From IMG/VR virus record IMGVR_UViG_3300016665_000054, positions 1 to 35,818 of that record: DNA of 35,818 nt; one strand, written 5' to 3'. The position numbers and the translations under genes were made by a program. Shown one piece after another: positions 1 through 7,015 of this stretch (the first letter of the stretch is position 1; every line of letters starts with the position of its first letter). This DNA comes from a virus (lineage: Duplodnaviria; Caudoviricetes). The notes under the pieces are model-generated. The model worked only from the letters and a program-made list of their open reading frames with translations. It had not been told where the DNA came from and did not search any database.

Positions 1-59
1 CCAAGGGAGCCACACCGTGCTGCATACCAGCTTTCGCTTCTTTGCGCGATGTTATGCAA
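1..59 (-). CDS. 5' part of YqaJ/lambda-type exonuclease (continues at 35818..35254 across the circular junction)
   Basis: Minus strand reads TTG-HNIAQRSESWYAARCGSLG and joins ASQLNEALATTKSGWGASRENLKNRIIAERLTG in frame; typical YqaJ N-terminus (QRS.EW..AR.G...AS); the TTG start at 59 is inferred. Confidence 0.85.
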   Translation of the reverse strand, partial: MHNIAQRSESWYAARCGSL

Positions 60-543
60 ATTCTCCAAATCTCTTCTCCCTTTCTTTTAGATAGGCGGCC
101 CTAGCCTCCTCTACGGTGTCAAATGATCCTATTGTGAATTGCTTTTTCATATGAGAAATTCGTGCAACATATCGCCCGCTTAGAGATTGCCGCACACCCA
201 TCGGAAAGTCGTATTTTCTTTTTCTGAATTTGTGGTTCCATGCGTTTTCAAGCATAGATGCTTCACGCAAATTTTCCCATTTATCATTCAGAGAATTACC
301 ATCCTTATGGTCTATAAACTCTTTTGGAAACGATCCTGTCATCCACAACCACGCCAGCCTTGATCTATTGTATTTTTTTCCGTGTATCTGAATAACCCAG
401 TATTTTTTATTCATTTTGGCAGGGTTGCCAGCAATCTTACCAAGCAAGTCTGGGTGGTATTTAGTTGGCTTTATCCAAGTCATCTCTCCCGTTTCAGGAT
501 TGTAATCCAAAATGCTTTTTAAAAATTCTTGATTAATTTCCAT
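52..543 (-). CDS. HNH homing endonuclease with AP2-like C-terminal DNA-binding domain
   Basis: YNPETG N-terminus, IDHKDGNSLNDKWENLR HNH motif, GVR..SGRYVARI..IGSFDTVEEARAAY AP2-like motif; AT-rich. Confidence 0.9.
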   Translation of the reverse strand: MEINQEFLKSILDYNPETGEMTWIKPTKYHPDLLGKIAGNPAKMNKKYWVIQIHGKKYNRSRLAWLWMTGSFPKEFIDHKDGNSLNDKWENLREASMLENAWNHKFRKRKYDFPMGVRQSLSGRYVARISHMKKQFTIGSFDTVEEARAAYLKEREKRFGEFA

Positions 544-554
544 TGCAGGCTCCA

Positions 555-608
555 GAACAGCGGTCGCAAATGGTTAGCATAATGAAAAACCATTTACAAC
601 CGCTGCTC
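555..608 (-). promoter_or_regulatory. 21-bp RNA hairpin immediately upstream of the HNH ribosome-binding site
   Basis: Arms 608-588 and 575-555 pair fully on the minus-strand RNA; the three non-Watson-Crick positions are all G-U; 12-nt loop. Confidence 0.75.
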
Positions 609-615
609 CATCTCC

Positions 616-1164
616 TTAGCCCTTCTTCTTTTCTAACACGCCAATGACGTAGTTATATTGATCTTGGTTCATCTCGTTCAGGCCGTTGATCTTCAGCTTC
701 TTGCAGATGGCGACAACATCGCTCTGCGTGGCTGCAATCATGTCCTGAACCTTCTCAAGTTGGTCACGGCTGATACGCTCTGGCGCTTCAATCGGCTTCG
801 ATGCGTCGATTGCGTCATGCTCAACAATCTCAAGCGCAGCCATGTAGAGATAACGGCGCTGATATGTCTCAACCGCTCCAAGGTTTTGGATCGGGTGCGT
901 TCCCTTGAGGTTGGCTTCGGCCATCGGGCTGGTAAACATAATACGCTCACCCGTTTCAACATCGACCAGATCGAGGTGCGCCATCTGCTCAGTAAACGAT
1001 ACGACAGGGCAAAGGCCGAACGTCTCGAACACCTGCAAGGCTGGGATCAGGAAGTCACCCAGTTCAAAATACGAATAGCCTGCAAAGCTGTTCTTGCCGG
1101 ACTTTTTCAGAGACTTGGCGTGGAACGCTGCACGGGCTGCGTTGAGTTTAGCGTATACGGTCAT
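616..1164 (-). CDS. erf: ERF-family single-strand annealing protein
   Basis: KSGKNSFAGYSYFELGD and QNLGAVETYQRRYLY..AL.I ERF motifs; start MTVYAKL behind GGAG. Confidence 0.88.
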   Translation of the reverse strand: MTVYAKLNAARAAFHAKSLKKSGKNSFAGYSYFELGDFLIPALQVFETFGLCPVVSFTEQMAHLDLVDVETGERIMFTSPMAEANLKGTHPIQNLGAVETYQRRYLYMAALEIVEHDAIDASKPIEAPERISRDQLEKVQDMIAATQSDVVAICKKLKINGLNEMNQDQYNYVIGVLEKKKG

Positions 1165-1165
1165 C

Positions 1166-1357
1166 TTATTCTCCCTTCTCTTGTTTGCGTTGCTGGTGGG
1201 CAAGCAGTGACTTTAGATCATCCATAACTGACGGGTTCATCCCTGCCAGCCATGATGTGACTTCGATCAGATAGCCCAACTGGTATGATGGTTCATTGCC
1301 GTAAGGCTCGTCGCGCTTGAGGTCGATCAGCGCCTGAATTGTTTCACGGGGTGTCAT
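1166..1357 (-). CDS. Hypothetical protein (63 aa)
   Basis: ATG overlaps the upstream TGA (TGATG); operon context. Confidence 0.65.
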   Translation of the reverse strand: MTPRETIQALIDLKRDEPYGNEPSYQLGYLIEVTSWLAGMNPSVMDDLKSLLAHQQRKQEKGE

Positions 1358-1524
1358 CAGAAGTTCCAAGGCTTGGCGTTGAGTTGATTGGCGATCTGAC
1401 GGGCTTCACGCTTGCCAGATACGGAATAGCTGTCAACCAGTTCACGGCGGCCATTCACAATCTTGGTGATGAACAACATCGCGCTGATCTTGCTGGTTGC
1501 GTTGGTGTATTCTGCTGCGATCAT
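1357..1524 (-). CDS. Small hypothetical early protein (55 aa, MIAAEYTNAT...KREARQIANQLNAKPWNF), not in the ORF track
   Basis: GGGAG RBS, first gene after the leftward promoter, coupled to the next gene. Confidence 0.75.
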   Translation of the reverse strand: MIAAEYTNATSKISAMLFITKIVNGRRELVDSYSVSGKREARQIANQLNAKPWNF

Positions 1525-1553
1525 TTCTAACTCCCTTCGTTGCTAACCCGCTC

Positions 1554-1581
1554 AACATACAATCCAGAAATGTGGTGTCAA
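1554..1581 (-). promoter_or_regulatory. Leftward sigma70-type early promoter
   Basis: TTGACA-N16-TATGTT. Confidence 0.7.
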
Positions 1582-1595
1582 CAAGATATTTTGCA

Positions 1596-1623
1596 TTGAC
1601 GTATTATTTTTTGCGCCTAAATT
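1596..1623 (+). promoter_or_regulatory. Rightward sigma70-type early promoter
   Basis: TTGACG-N16-TAAATT ahead of AAGGAG and ATG 1647. Confidence 0.65.
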
Positions 1624-1646
1624 GGCTGCGTCGAAAGGAGACAATA

Positions 1647-1856
1647 ATGCACATCAAAGTAAGGGAACTTCTCGCAAAGGCAGCTTACCACGGGGTTACT
1701 CGTCGGGCGATTGCCGCCCAGGCTGGTATGGCTGAAACCACGTTCACTGCATGGCGCAAAAGCAGTCCGCGCCTTGACACATTGGATCGAGCCAATCAGG
1801 CTCTGGATGAGATTATCGCCATCCGGGGTCTGCAACGTGAAAAAATGGAAAGCTAA
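1647..1856 (+). CDS. Cro-like HTH transcriptional regulator
   Basis: 69 aa; GVTRRAIAAQAGMAETTFTAWRKSSPRLDTL is an XRE-like HTH; AAGGAG RBS. Confidence 0.75.
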   Translation: MHIKVRELLAKAAYHGVTRRAIAAQAGMAETTFTAWRKSSPRLDTLDRANQALDEIIAIRGLQREKMES

Positions 1857-2241
1857 GAAAGCCTACTGCCAACACGGCCACAAGCATGACAGCATTTCGG
1901 AAGCCAAGCGGTGTGATGAATTGCAGGCCATGCTTATGGCTGGGGAGATTGAAGACCTGTTGGTCTTTCCTCAGTTCTGGTTTGTCATCAATGGCCGTCA
2001 GGTCAAACACGACAATGGGCGGAGGCTGGGATACCTAGCAGACTTCCAATACACCCAGAACGGACGGGAAATAGTCGAGGACGTGAAAGGTGCGAAAGTC
2101 ACTGACAGCCGAGACTGGCCGATCCGCAAGGCGCTGTTCAAGGTCTTGTTTCCTGAGATCGAACTTCGGGAAATAAGGCCGAGGCGGAGGAAGGGAGTAA
2201 CTCAACGCCCCGGCCACGCCAAAAGCAGCGCGGAAGAATAA
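1837..2241 (+). CDS. DUF1064-like PD-(D/E)XK endonuclease
   Basis: DSISEAKR, YLADFQY and IVEDVKG motifs; GTG start inferred. Confidence 0.8.
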   Translation: MKKWKAKKAYCQHGHKHDSISEAKRCDELQAMLMAGEIEDLLVFPQFWFVINGRQVKHDNGRRLGYLADFQYTQNGREIVEDVKGAKVTDSRDWPIRKALFKVLFPEIELREIRPRRRKGVTQRPGHAKSSAEE

Positions 2242-2265
2242 TACTAGAAGGGAATAGAAATTACA

Positions 2266-2637
2266 ATGTTGACGATCCGTCACAACCGCTTTCACACAAA
2301 CGATAAAAGCCTTCGGGATGTGGACGTTCAGGAGTTTATCAACCAGCCGCTCGTGAAGCCGCGCCTCAAGATATTGGATGGCTCAATCGGCAGCGTTTTA
2401 GAGAAAGTTGCAACCGATAACGGGATGACGCCCGACGAGATTATGGGCAAGCAGCGGACCAAGGCAATCGCCAAGGCTCGTGCTGAATTTATCTGCATCC
2501 TGCACTTCAGGTATAAGTATGTCCCCGCTCGACTGGCTCACATGATGAACATGGACCTGACCAGCATCAAGCACATTTTGGGCCTGCGTAAGGCTTCCAA
2601 GGAAGATTATTCGACCTTGAGGGAGCGTTACAAATAG
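2266..2637 (+). CDS. DnaA C-terminal-like HTH DNA-binding protein
   Basis: VA...GMTPDEIMGKQRTKAIAKARAE...LAHMMNMDLTSIKH pattern of Bac_DnaA_C-like phage proteins. Confidence 0.7.
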   Translation: MLTIRHNRFHTNDKSLRDVDVQEFINQPLVKPRLKILDGSIGSVLEKVATDNGMTPDEIMGKQRTKAIAKARAEFICILHFRYKYVPARLAHMMNMDLTSIKHILGLRKASKEDYSTLRERYK

Positions 2638-2649
2638 AGTATGAAGGAC

Positions 2650-2685
2650 GGGCGAGGTTGGAGTTTGCCGCTCCACTCCCCGCCC
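2650..2685 (+). promoter_or_regulatory. GC-rich hairpin upstream of the replication gene leader
   Basis: GGGCG..GG.TGGAG / CTCCA..CC.CGCCC inverted repeat; no U-tract. Confidence 0.55.
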
Positions 2686-2714
2686 TAACTCAGCCTGAAA
2701 CGGAGGCGTCGCTA

Positions 2715-2780
2715 ATGAGAACTTTTATCCCAGCGCGTCCGGCTCCGCAATACGTTGGAGAGCGAGATGCACAGTTTTGA
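2715..2780 (+). CDS. Putative 21-aa leader peptide overlapping the initiator start (MRTFIPARPAPQYVGERDAQF)
   Basis: GGAGG RBS at 2702-2706, ATG 2715, stop inside the rep gene. Confidence 0.4.
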   Translation: MRTFIPARPAPQYVGERDAQF

Positions 2781-3453
2781 TCCTGAAATTGCAAAAATTG
2801 TCGGAGTTAACGCTGCTGTCATCTACCAGAACCTAGTCTGGTGGACACAGAAGAACGCTGCAAACGAGCGCCATTATTACGATGGCCGCTATTGGACGTA
2901 TAACAGCGTCAAGGCGTTCGATAGCCTTTTCCCATATTTGACCGCCAAGCAGATCAGGACGGCCCTTGAGAAGCTAGAGCAGGCCAATCTAATTGTGTCT
3001 GGGAATTTCAATCAGTCTGCATACGATAGGACAAAATGGTATTCGCCAAACGAGCAAATCCATTTGCCCAATGTCGAAACTCCATTTGCCCAAAAGGGCA
3101 AACCTATACCAGATAGTAAACCAGATATTAAACCAGTTAGAGATATGTCATCTGGCGATGACCAGTCTCTCGAAAATGAAATTCAGGATGTGGTCAGAGC
3201 ATGGAATGAACTTGCTGACGAGCGGGATTTACCCAAGATCACCAAGGTCACCCCGACAAGGCGCAAGCAGATCGTTGCACGGCTGAAAGAGTATGACGTT
3301 GACGACTGGTCGAAGGCCCTGACGGCAATCTACAGATCGAAGTTTCTCTGCGGTGAGAATGATCGAGGCTGGAAAGCAAACTTTGACTTCCTGCTGCAAC
3401 CAAGCAGCTTCACCAAATTGATTGAAGGAGCATACGATGGAAAGAAAGCGTAA
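2767..3453 (+). CDS. Phage replication initiator protein (lambda O-like architecture)
   Basis: N-terminal wHTH (FDPEIAKIVGVNAAVIYQ..WTYNS..LFPYLT.KQIR.ALEKL), linker with DNA repeats, C-terminal GEND.GWKANFDFLL domain. Confidence 0.85.
   Translation: MHSFDPEIAKIVGVNAAVIYQNLVWWTQKNAANERHYYDGRYWTYNSVKAFDSLFPYLTAKQIRTALEKLEQANLIVSGNFNQSAYDRTKWYSPNEQIHLPNVETPFAQKGKPIPDSKPDIKPVRDMSSGDDQSLENEIQDVVRAWNELADERDLPKITKVTPTRRKQIVARLKEYDVDDWSKALTAIYRSKFLCGENDRGWKANFDFLLQPSSFTKLIEGAYDGKKA
3060..3141. repeat. Iteron-like repeats, probable replication origin inside the initiator gene
   Basis: CCATTTGCCCA at 3060 and 3082; TTTGCCC-AAAA-GGGCAAA palindrome; three 12-bp-period A(T/A)ACCAG(A/T)TA units at 3106-3141. 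Confidence 0.6.
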
Positions 3454-3604
3454 CTTTGAACGGGAAGAGCCTGTTGGCCTGACTGGCGCACCTAACAACC
3501 TCGACGATTACGTTGTCTGGTTTAACCAGAGGTTCACCTTCGCACGGGCTGAGATCAAGACCGGACACGATGGCCGTAGGTTCATGGATGTGATTTACCG
3601 CTGA
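3437..3604 (+). CDS. Hypothetical protein (55 aa)
   Basis: AAGGAG RBS; coupled to the next ORF. Confidence 0.65.
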   Translation: MERKRNFEREEPVGLTGAPNNLDDYVVWFNQRFTFARAEIKTGHDGRRFMDVIYR

Positions 3605-3777
3605 TGCCGGAGAACAAGGGGCGGACACCTCCATTTGAGCGCGTTGATGTTATCTTCCGCAACGGCAAGGTCAAACGCAACATCGACCCAGCCAAGTGGA
3701 GGTGGAAACCTTGGGACTTTGAAGCCGACTTCGACATCGTGAGGTATCAACGCTCAATTTTGGACAAAGAGAAATGA
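3604..3777 (+). CDS. Hypothetical protein (57 aa, MPENKGRTPPFERVDVIFRNG...KWRW...FDIVRYQ), not in the ORF track
   Basis: TGATG overlap upstream, ATGA overlap downstream; fills the gap exactly. Confidence 0.7.
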   Translation: MPENKGRTPPFERVDVIFRNGKVKRNIDPAKWRWKPWDFEADFDIVRYQRSILDKEK

Positions 3778-4331
3778 GCAAGACAGATTTTGAATTTATA
3801 GATGAGGCCATATCATACGATAAAGATGCGGGGAGGTTTGTCTGGAAATACAGACCAAAGCATCATTTTCCATCTGAAAGGGAATGGAAAAGATGGAACT
3901 CGCGCCATGCAAATACAGAGGCTGGATCATTACAGCTAAACGGATATATCCATATCAATATACTCGGAAAGCATAGGAAGGCGCACAGGGTCGCTTGGAT
4001 TTTATGCAATGGTGAATGGCCGGAACATGAAATAGATCATATCAATGGAGATAGGGCGGATAATAGGTTGGTAAATCTTCGTGATGTGCCAAAATCAAAA
4101 AACGGAAAAAATACAGCCAAGCCAAATTCCGGAAGCACCCCAAGAGTTGGGGTTAGAATGCATTGCTCTGGTAAATGGCAGGCAAGAATAACCGTTGATG
4201 GTCGCGCTACAAGTTTGGGTCTTTACGACAAAATTGAAGATGCAATTTTAGCGCGAGAAAAGGCTGAAAAAATGCATGGGTTTCATGAGAACCATGGAAG
4301 GCAAAAATCATTTGAGGCAGAAAAAAAATAA
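3774..4331 (+). CDS. HNH homing endonuclease with AP2-like domain
   Basis: AHRVAW, IDHINGDRADNRLVNLR, GKWQARI..LGLYDKIEDAILAR; AT-rich. Confidence 0.92.
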   Translation: MSKTDFEFIDEAISYDKDAGRFVWKYRPKHHFPSEREWKRWNSRHANTEAGSLQLNGYIHINILGKHRKAHRVAWILCNGEWPEHEIDHINGDRADNRLVNLRDVPKSKNGKNTAKPNSGSTPRVGVRMHCSGKWQARITVDGRATSLGLYDKIEDAILAREKAEKMHGFHENHGRQKSFEAEKK

Positions 4332-4341
4332 TAAAAAGGTG

Positions 4342-4369
4342 TTGACGCACCCATCCAGACCTGTATGAT
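4342..4369 (+). promoter_or_regulatory. Sigma70-type promoter with A-rich UP-like element
   Basis: TTGACG-N16-TATGAT preceded by A-tracts. Confidence 0.75.
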
Positions 4370-4400
4370 GGCTTCATTAGAAACGAAGTGGAGATTAGAA

Positions 4401-4712
4401 ATGGCAATTGCAGAGGCGGACATCCAGAGACACCGCGACATCGCACGGGTTTGGGTTGTTGGTTACTACGCAGCAAAATCCTATAGCGGGATCGCTGGCT
4501 ACGAAACGCACAAGGCCCGTCTGAACGCTCTCGCCAAGATACGCTACGCCAAGCGCCTCGCAGGCAAGCCGATCACCAGCCGCAACTATCAGGAAGAATT
4601 ATCTCCCCGTGGTTTGACCGCGTTTCTCTGGAATAAGCAACTTGCCAAGTGGGACGCATACGAAAAGGCCCAGTGGGCTGAGATCAACGCCAAGATGAAT
4701 GAAGGGAAATGA
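4401..4712 (+). CDS. Hypothetical protein
   Basis: GGAG RBS then ATG 4401, downstream of the promoter. Confidence 0.75.
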   Translation: MAIAEADIQRHRDIARVWVVGYYAAKSYSGIAGYETHKARLNALAKIRYAKRLAGKPITSRNYQEELSPRGLTAFLWNKQLAKWDAYEKAQWAEINAKMNEGK

Positions 4713-4807
4713 CAATGACGATCAAGCAAGCAATCTTTACCACGTTCTGCACGGCAGCCATTGGGTTTATCTCCGTGGTCACTCTGGCAAAGGAGTTGGC
4801 GCTGTGA
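4709..4807 (+). CDS. Small membrane peptide (32 aa, MTMTIKQAIFTTFCTAAIGFISVVTLAKELAL)
   Basis: ATGA overlap, GAAGGG RBS, single hydrophobic helix. Confidence 0.55.
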   Translation: MTMTIKQAIFTTFCTAAIGFISVVTLAKELAL

Positions 4808-4929
4808 AAAGCTACCGCGACTATCTGGCTATGAAGGGCCTTCGACCAATCGTCATTCAACGCACGACCAAATGCAAAGGTGACAAGGTTATCGTGACAA
4901 GCTGCAAGCCTGCGGAGACGGTGAAGTGA
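4804..4929 (+). CDS. Small hypothetical protein (41 aa)
   Basis: AAGGAG RBS, GTGA overlaps at both ends. Confidence 0.55.
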   Translation: MKSYRDYLAMKGLRPIVIQRTTKCKGDKVIVTSCKPAETVK

Positions 4930-5147
4930 AAAGCGCAATCATGATCCGCAAGACAGGCCCCATATCGGTCAACAAGCTACCAGATCGGTCTGACAGCGAG
5001 ATACGTTATCATGCTGCAATGGAACGTGGCTCCAAGGCTCTCCTGCAAGCCATACTGGACACAGGCAGGGTTCACGGCAAGATGACACGGGATCAAGAGA
5101 TCGAAGCCATATCGTGGGCGTATAATGTAGACGTAACTCTATCTTGA
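4926..5147 (+). CDS. Hypothetical protein
   Basis: GTG start overlapping the previous stop, GGAG RBS. Confidence 0.65.
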   Translation: MKSAIMIRKTGPISVNKLPDRSDSEIRYHAAMERGSKALLQAILDTGRVHGKMTRDQEIEAISWAYNVDVTLS

Positions 5148-5157
5148 GGGGATTAAC

Positions 5158-5367
5158 ATGGAAGAGGACATGAAGGAACTGGTTGATGAACTTCGGACCA
5201 ACCAACCAGACACATCAATGTGCAATGCTGCGGCTGATATGATTGAAGAATTATATGAGGCAACCCAAGTCTTGGAAACCGCTCTAATGAACACGCTCAA
5301 AGAGTTGCGTGGGTATCATGACGCACTGGCTCACGCTGCCGGAAGAGATCGGGACGACGATGACTGA
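5158..5367 (+). CDS. Hypothetical protein
   Basis: GAGG RBS; LVDELR...AADMIEEL motif common in small phage proteins. Confidence 0.7.
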   Translation: MEEDMKELVDELRTNQPDTSMCNAAADMIEELYEATQVLETALMNTLKELRGYHDALAHAAGRDRDDDD

Positions 5368-5635
5368 CGACGACAAGGCGCTGGTGGCGGAACTACGCAT
5401 AAACGATAAAGAGATTTATCTGCCCGTGCTTGGCAAGTCCGCCGACCGCATCGAAGCCCTAAGCGCAGAGAACGAGCGGCTGCGTGAGGCATTAGATCGA
5501 ATTTACATGGAAGACCGACGAGTTGTTGATCGCTGGCGTCAAAGCCTTGCCACGGGTGACAGCCATCTAGATACGCAGATTATATTGGGTCGGTTTGCTG
5601 AAATTGCCCGCGCAGCCTTGGGAGACACGGAATGA
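5360..5635 (+). CDS. Hypothetical protein (Ead/Ea22-like small coiled-coil type)
   Basis: ADRIEALSAENERLREAL...IARAALG pattern; coupled start. Confidence 0.7.
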   Translation: MTDDDKALVAELRINDKEIYLPVLGKSADRIEALSAENERLREALDRIYMEDRRVVDRWRQSLATGDSHLDTQIILGRFAEIARAALGDTE

Positions 5636-5763
5636 CTGACATGATTATTGGAGCCGCCGTTGGTTTTCTTGCTGGTGTTTGGTTCCACTATTTTACGATG
5701 GTCGCAATCTTCAAGAGACTAAAGTCGGAGATTGGAAGTCGGGAAGCTGGAAATTGGGAGTGA
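5632..5763 (+). CDS. Small membrane protein (43 aa, MTDMIIGAAVGFLAGVWF...)
   Basis: GGAG RBS, ATGA overlap, one transmembrane segment. Confidence 0.55.
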   Translation: MTDMIIGAAVGFLAGVWFHYFTMVAIFKRLKSEIGSREAGNWE

Positions 5764-5768
5764 ATACA

Positions 5769-6044
5769 ATGTCCGAAGAACGTAGCAAAATTATGGACAT
5801 CCTGATCACACAGGCTGACCGGGATGCGGCGGCATCAGGCTATTTTGCATGGTGCAGTGGCAACCCTGTAATTCCAGACCGCATGAAGGCTGGGAAAGCT
5901 GACAATCACAGCATGGTGCAAGCCTTCGCCCGTCACCGCATGGAAGAACGCGCTGCGATTGTCGAGTGGCTGCGTGGGCCAGAGCCATATCCTGATGGGC
6001 ATGACATCGCCGCTGACATCGAAGCAGGGGAGCATTTGAAATGA
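5769..6044 (+). CDS. Hypothetical protein
   Basis: GGGAG RBS; ends ERAAIVEWLR...IAADIEAGEHLK. Confidence 0.7.
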   Translation: MSEERSKIMDILITQADRDAAASGYFAWCSGNPVIPDRMKAGKADNHSMVQAFARHRMEERAAIVEWLRGPEPYPDGHDIAADIEAGEHLK

Positions 6045-6337
6045 AAAATTTTAACAATCTTATTGAGGCACTTGAAGAACGCGCAGAGATTTTGCGCTCA
6101 GAAAATGAAGCCGATTTGCTTTGGGTGCTGCTGGACGATGCGGCGGATGCCATCAAGGTGCTGACAGGAAAACAGCATCTTGACCGCCTTTTATCTCATG
6201 GAACATCCGATAAACTTACAGAAACTCTCGACCGCTTGGTGTTTATCAACAATGTGATTGACCATGACGAAAACGTATCCGTTCAATGGATATATACCGA
6301 GATTGAAAACCTTTTGTCGGGGGAGCATTTGAAATGA
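6027..6337 (+). repeat. 18-bp perfect direct repeat GGGGAGCATTTGAAATGA at 6027-6044 and 6320-6337
   Basis: Read directly; each copy contains RBS, stop and start. Confidence 0.9.
6041..6337 (+). CDS. Hypothetical protein (AT-richer, bounded by direct repeats)
   Basis: ATGA overlap, GGAG RBS. Confidence 0.7.
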   Translation: MKNFNNLIEALEERAEILRSENEADLLWVLLDDAADAIKVLTGKQHLDRLLSHGTSDKLTETLDRLVFINNVIDHDENVSVQWIYTEIENLLSGEHLK

Positions 6338-6672
6338 CCAACATCGAACAAAAGGCGCAGCAACTTTTAAATGAGGTGCGAGCTGAGTATCCGTTAGTGG
6401 CTAGTGAGGTAGTGTCCAATACGGCCCTCTGCCGCGCCATCGAACAGCACGAAGCATTCCGGCAAGAGGTGAGTGATGCGCTTGAGAAGCGTGGTTTTTA
6501 CATTGATGACCGCGATCTTGGCCGCTTCATCATCACCAAGCCTGACCCGCTGGAACAAGTGATGCGCGATGCGCTGTCACAGATGGCGGGGACGTATTCC
6601 TATAAGGAAGTGACTTCTGCCGCCCGCACCGCACTCGCCAAGCGTGGCGGAAGGATCGTGTTCGATGACTGA
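6334..6672 (+). CDS. Hypothetical protein
   Basis: ATGA overlap, GGAG RBS. Confidence 0.7.
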   Translation: MTNIEQKAQQLLNEVRAEYPLVASEVVSNTALCRAIEQHEAFRQEVSDALEKRGFYIDDRDLGRFIITKPDPLEQVMRDALSQMAGTYSYKEVTSAARTALAKRGGRIVFDD

Positions 6673-7015
6673 CGTTCCATATTTAACATCAGTGCGCTGG
6701 CATTGTCTGCAAGCATTTAAGCGCCAGCCAGCCTTGATGCGCCGCCCCTTTCTCGCCAAGGAACTGAAAATCCAAGCGCGATGGAATGATGCTGTCTTGC
6801 GTCCTGCCACTGGTCCCACACTGAGCGGCTTAGAGAAAGCTGGCTGGGTTAGAAGGGCGATCTGGGGATTACCGGGAACTGGTATGCCTTTTCGCACTGG
6901 TGGGCCGATTAGCGCGTGGGAATTAACAGATGCTGGGCGTGAAGCTATCGCAGCCTGTCCCGACACATTCCCCGGTGAGCCGGTATATGGTGAAAGGAAC
7001 GTGTTTGATGATTGA
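6649..7015 (+). repeat. Imperfect 24-bp direct repeat (20/24) at 6649-6672 and 6992-7015
   Basis: GGAAGGATCGTGTTCGATGACTGA vs GAAAGGAACGTGTTTGATGATTGA; both encode VFDD-stop with an overlapping ATG. Confidence 0.8.
6665..7015 (+). CDS. Putative winged-helix protein
   Basis: TLSGLEKAGWVRR...WELTDAGREAI resembles the wing of MarR/PadR-type wHTH domains. Confidence 0.55.
   Translation: MTDVPYLTSVRWHCLQAFKRQPALMRRPFLAKELKIQARWNDAVLRPATGPTLSGLEKAGWVRRAIWGLPGTGMPFRTGGPISAWELTDAGREAIAACPDTFPGEPVYGERNVFDD

Noticed and set aside
40-611. Group I intron or T4 gene 60-style ribosomal bypass (TTG before TAA at 599 matches TTG at 59; the stem resembles P1)
   Set aside because: No room for a ribozyme core outside the HNH ORF; a ~540-nt hop is far longer than known bypasses and would duplicate the QR motif. 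Not formally excluded without RNA data.
4699-4929. Single 76-aa ORF from the track
   Set aside because: Better explained by two coupled ORFs (4709-4807 and 4804-4929), each with its own SD
6027-7015. CRISPR array or prophage att sites
   Set aside because: Only two copies per repeat, ~300-bp coding spacers, and no cas or integrase gene
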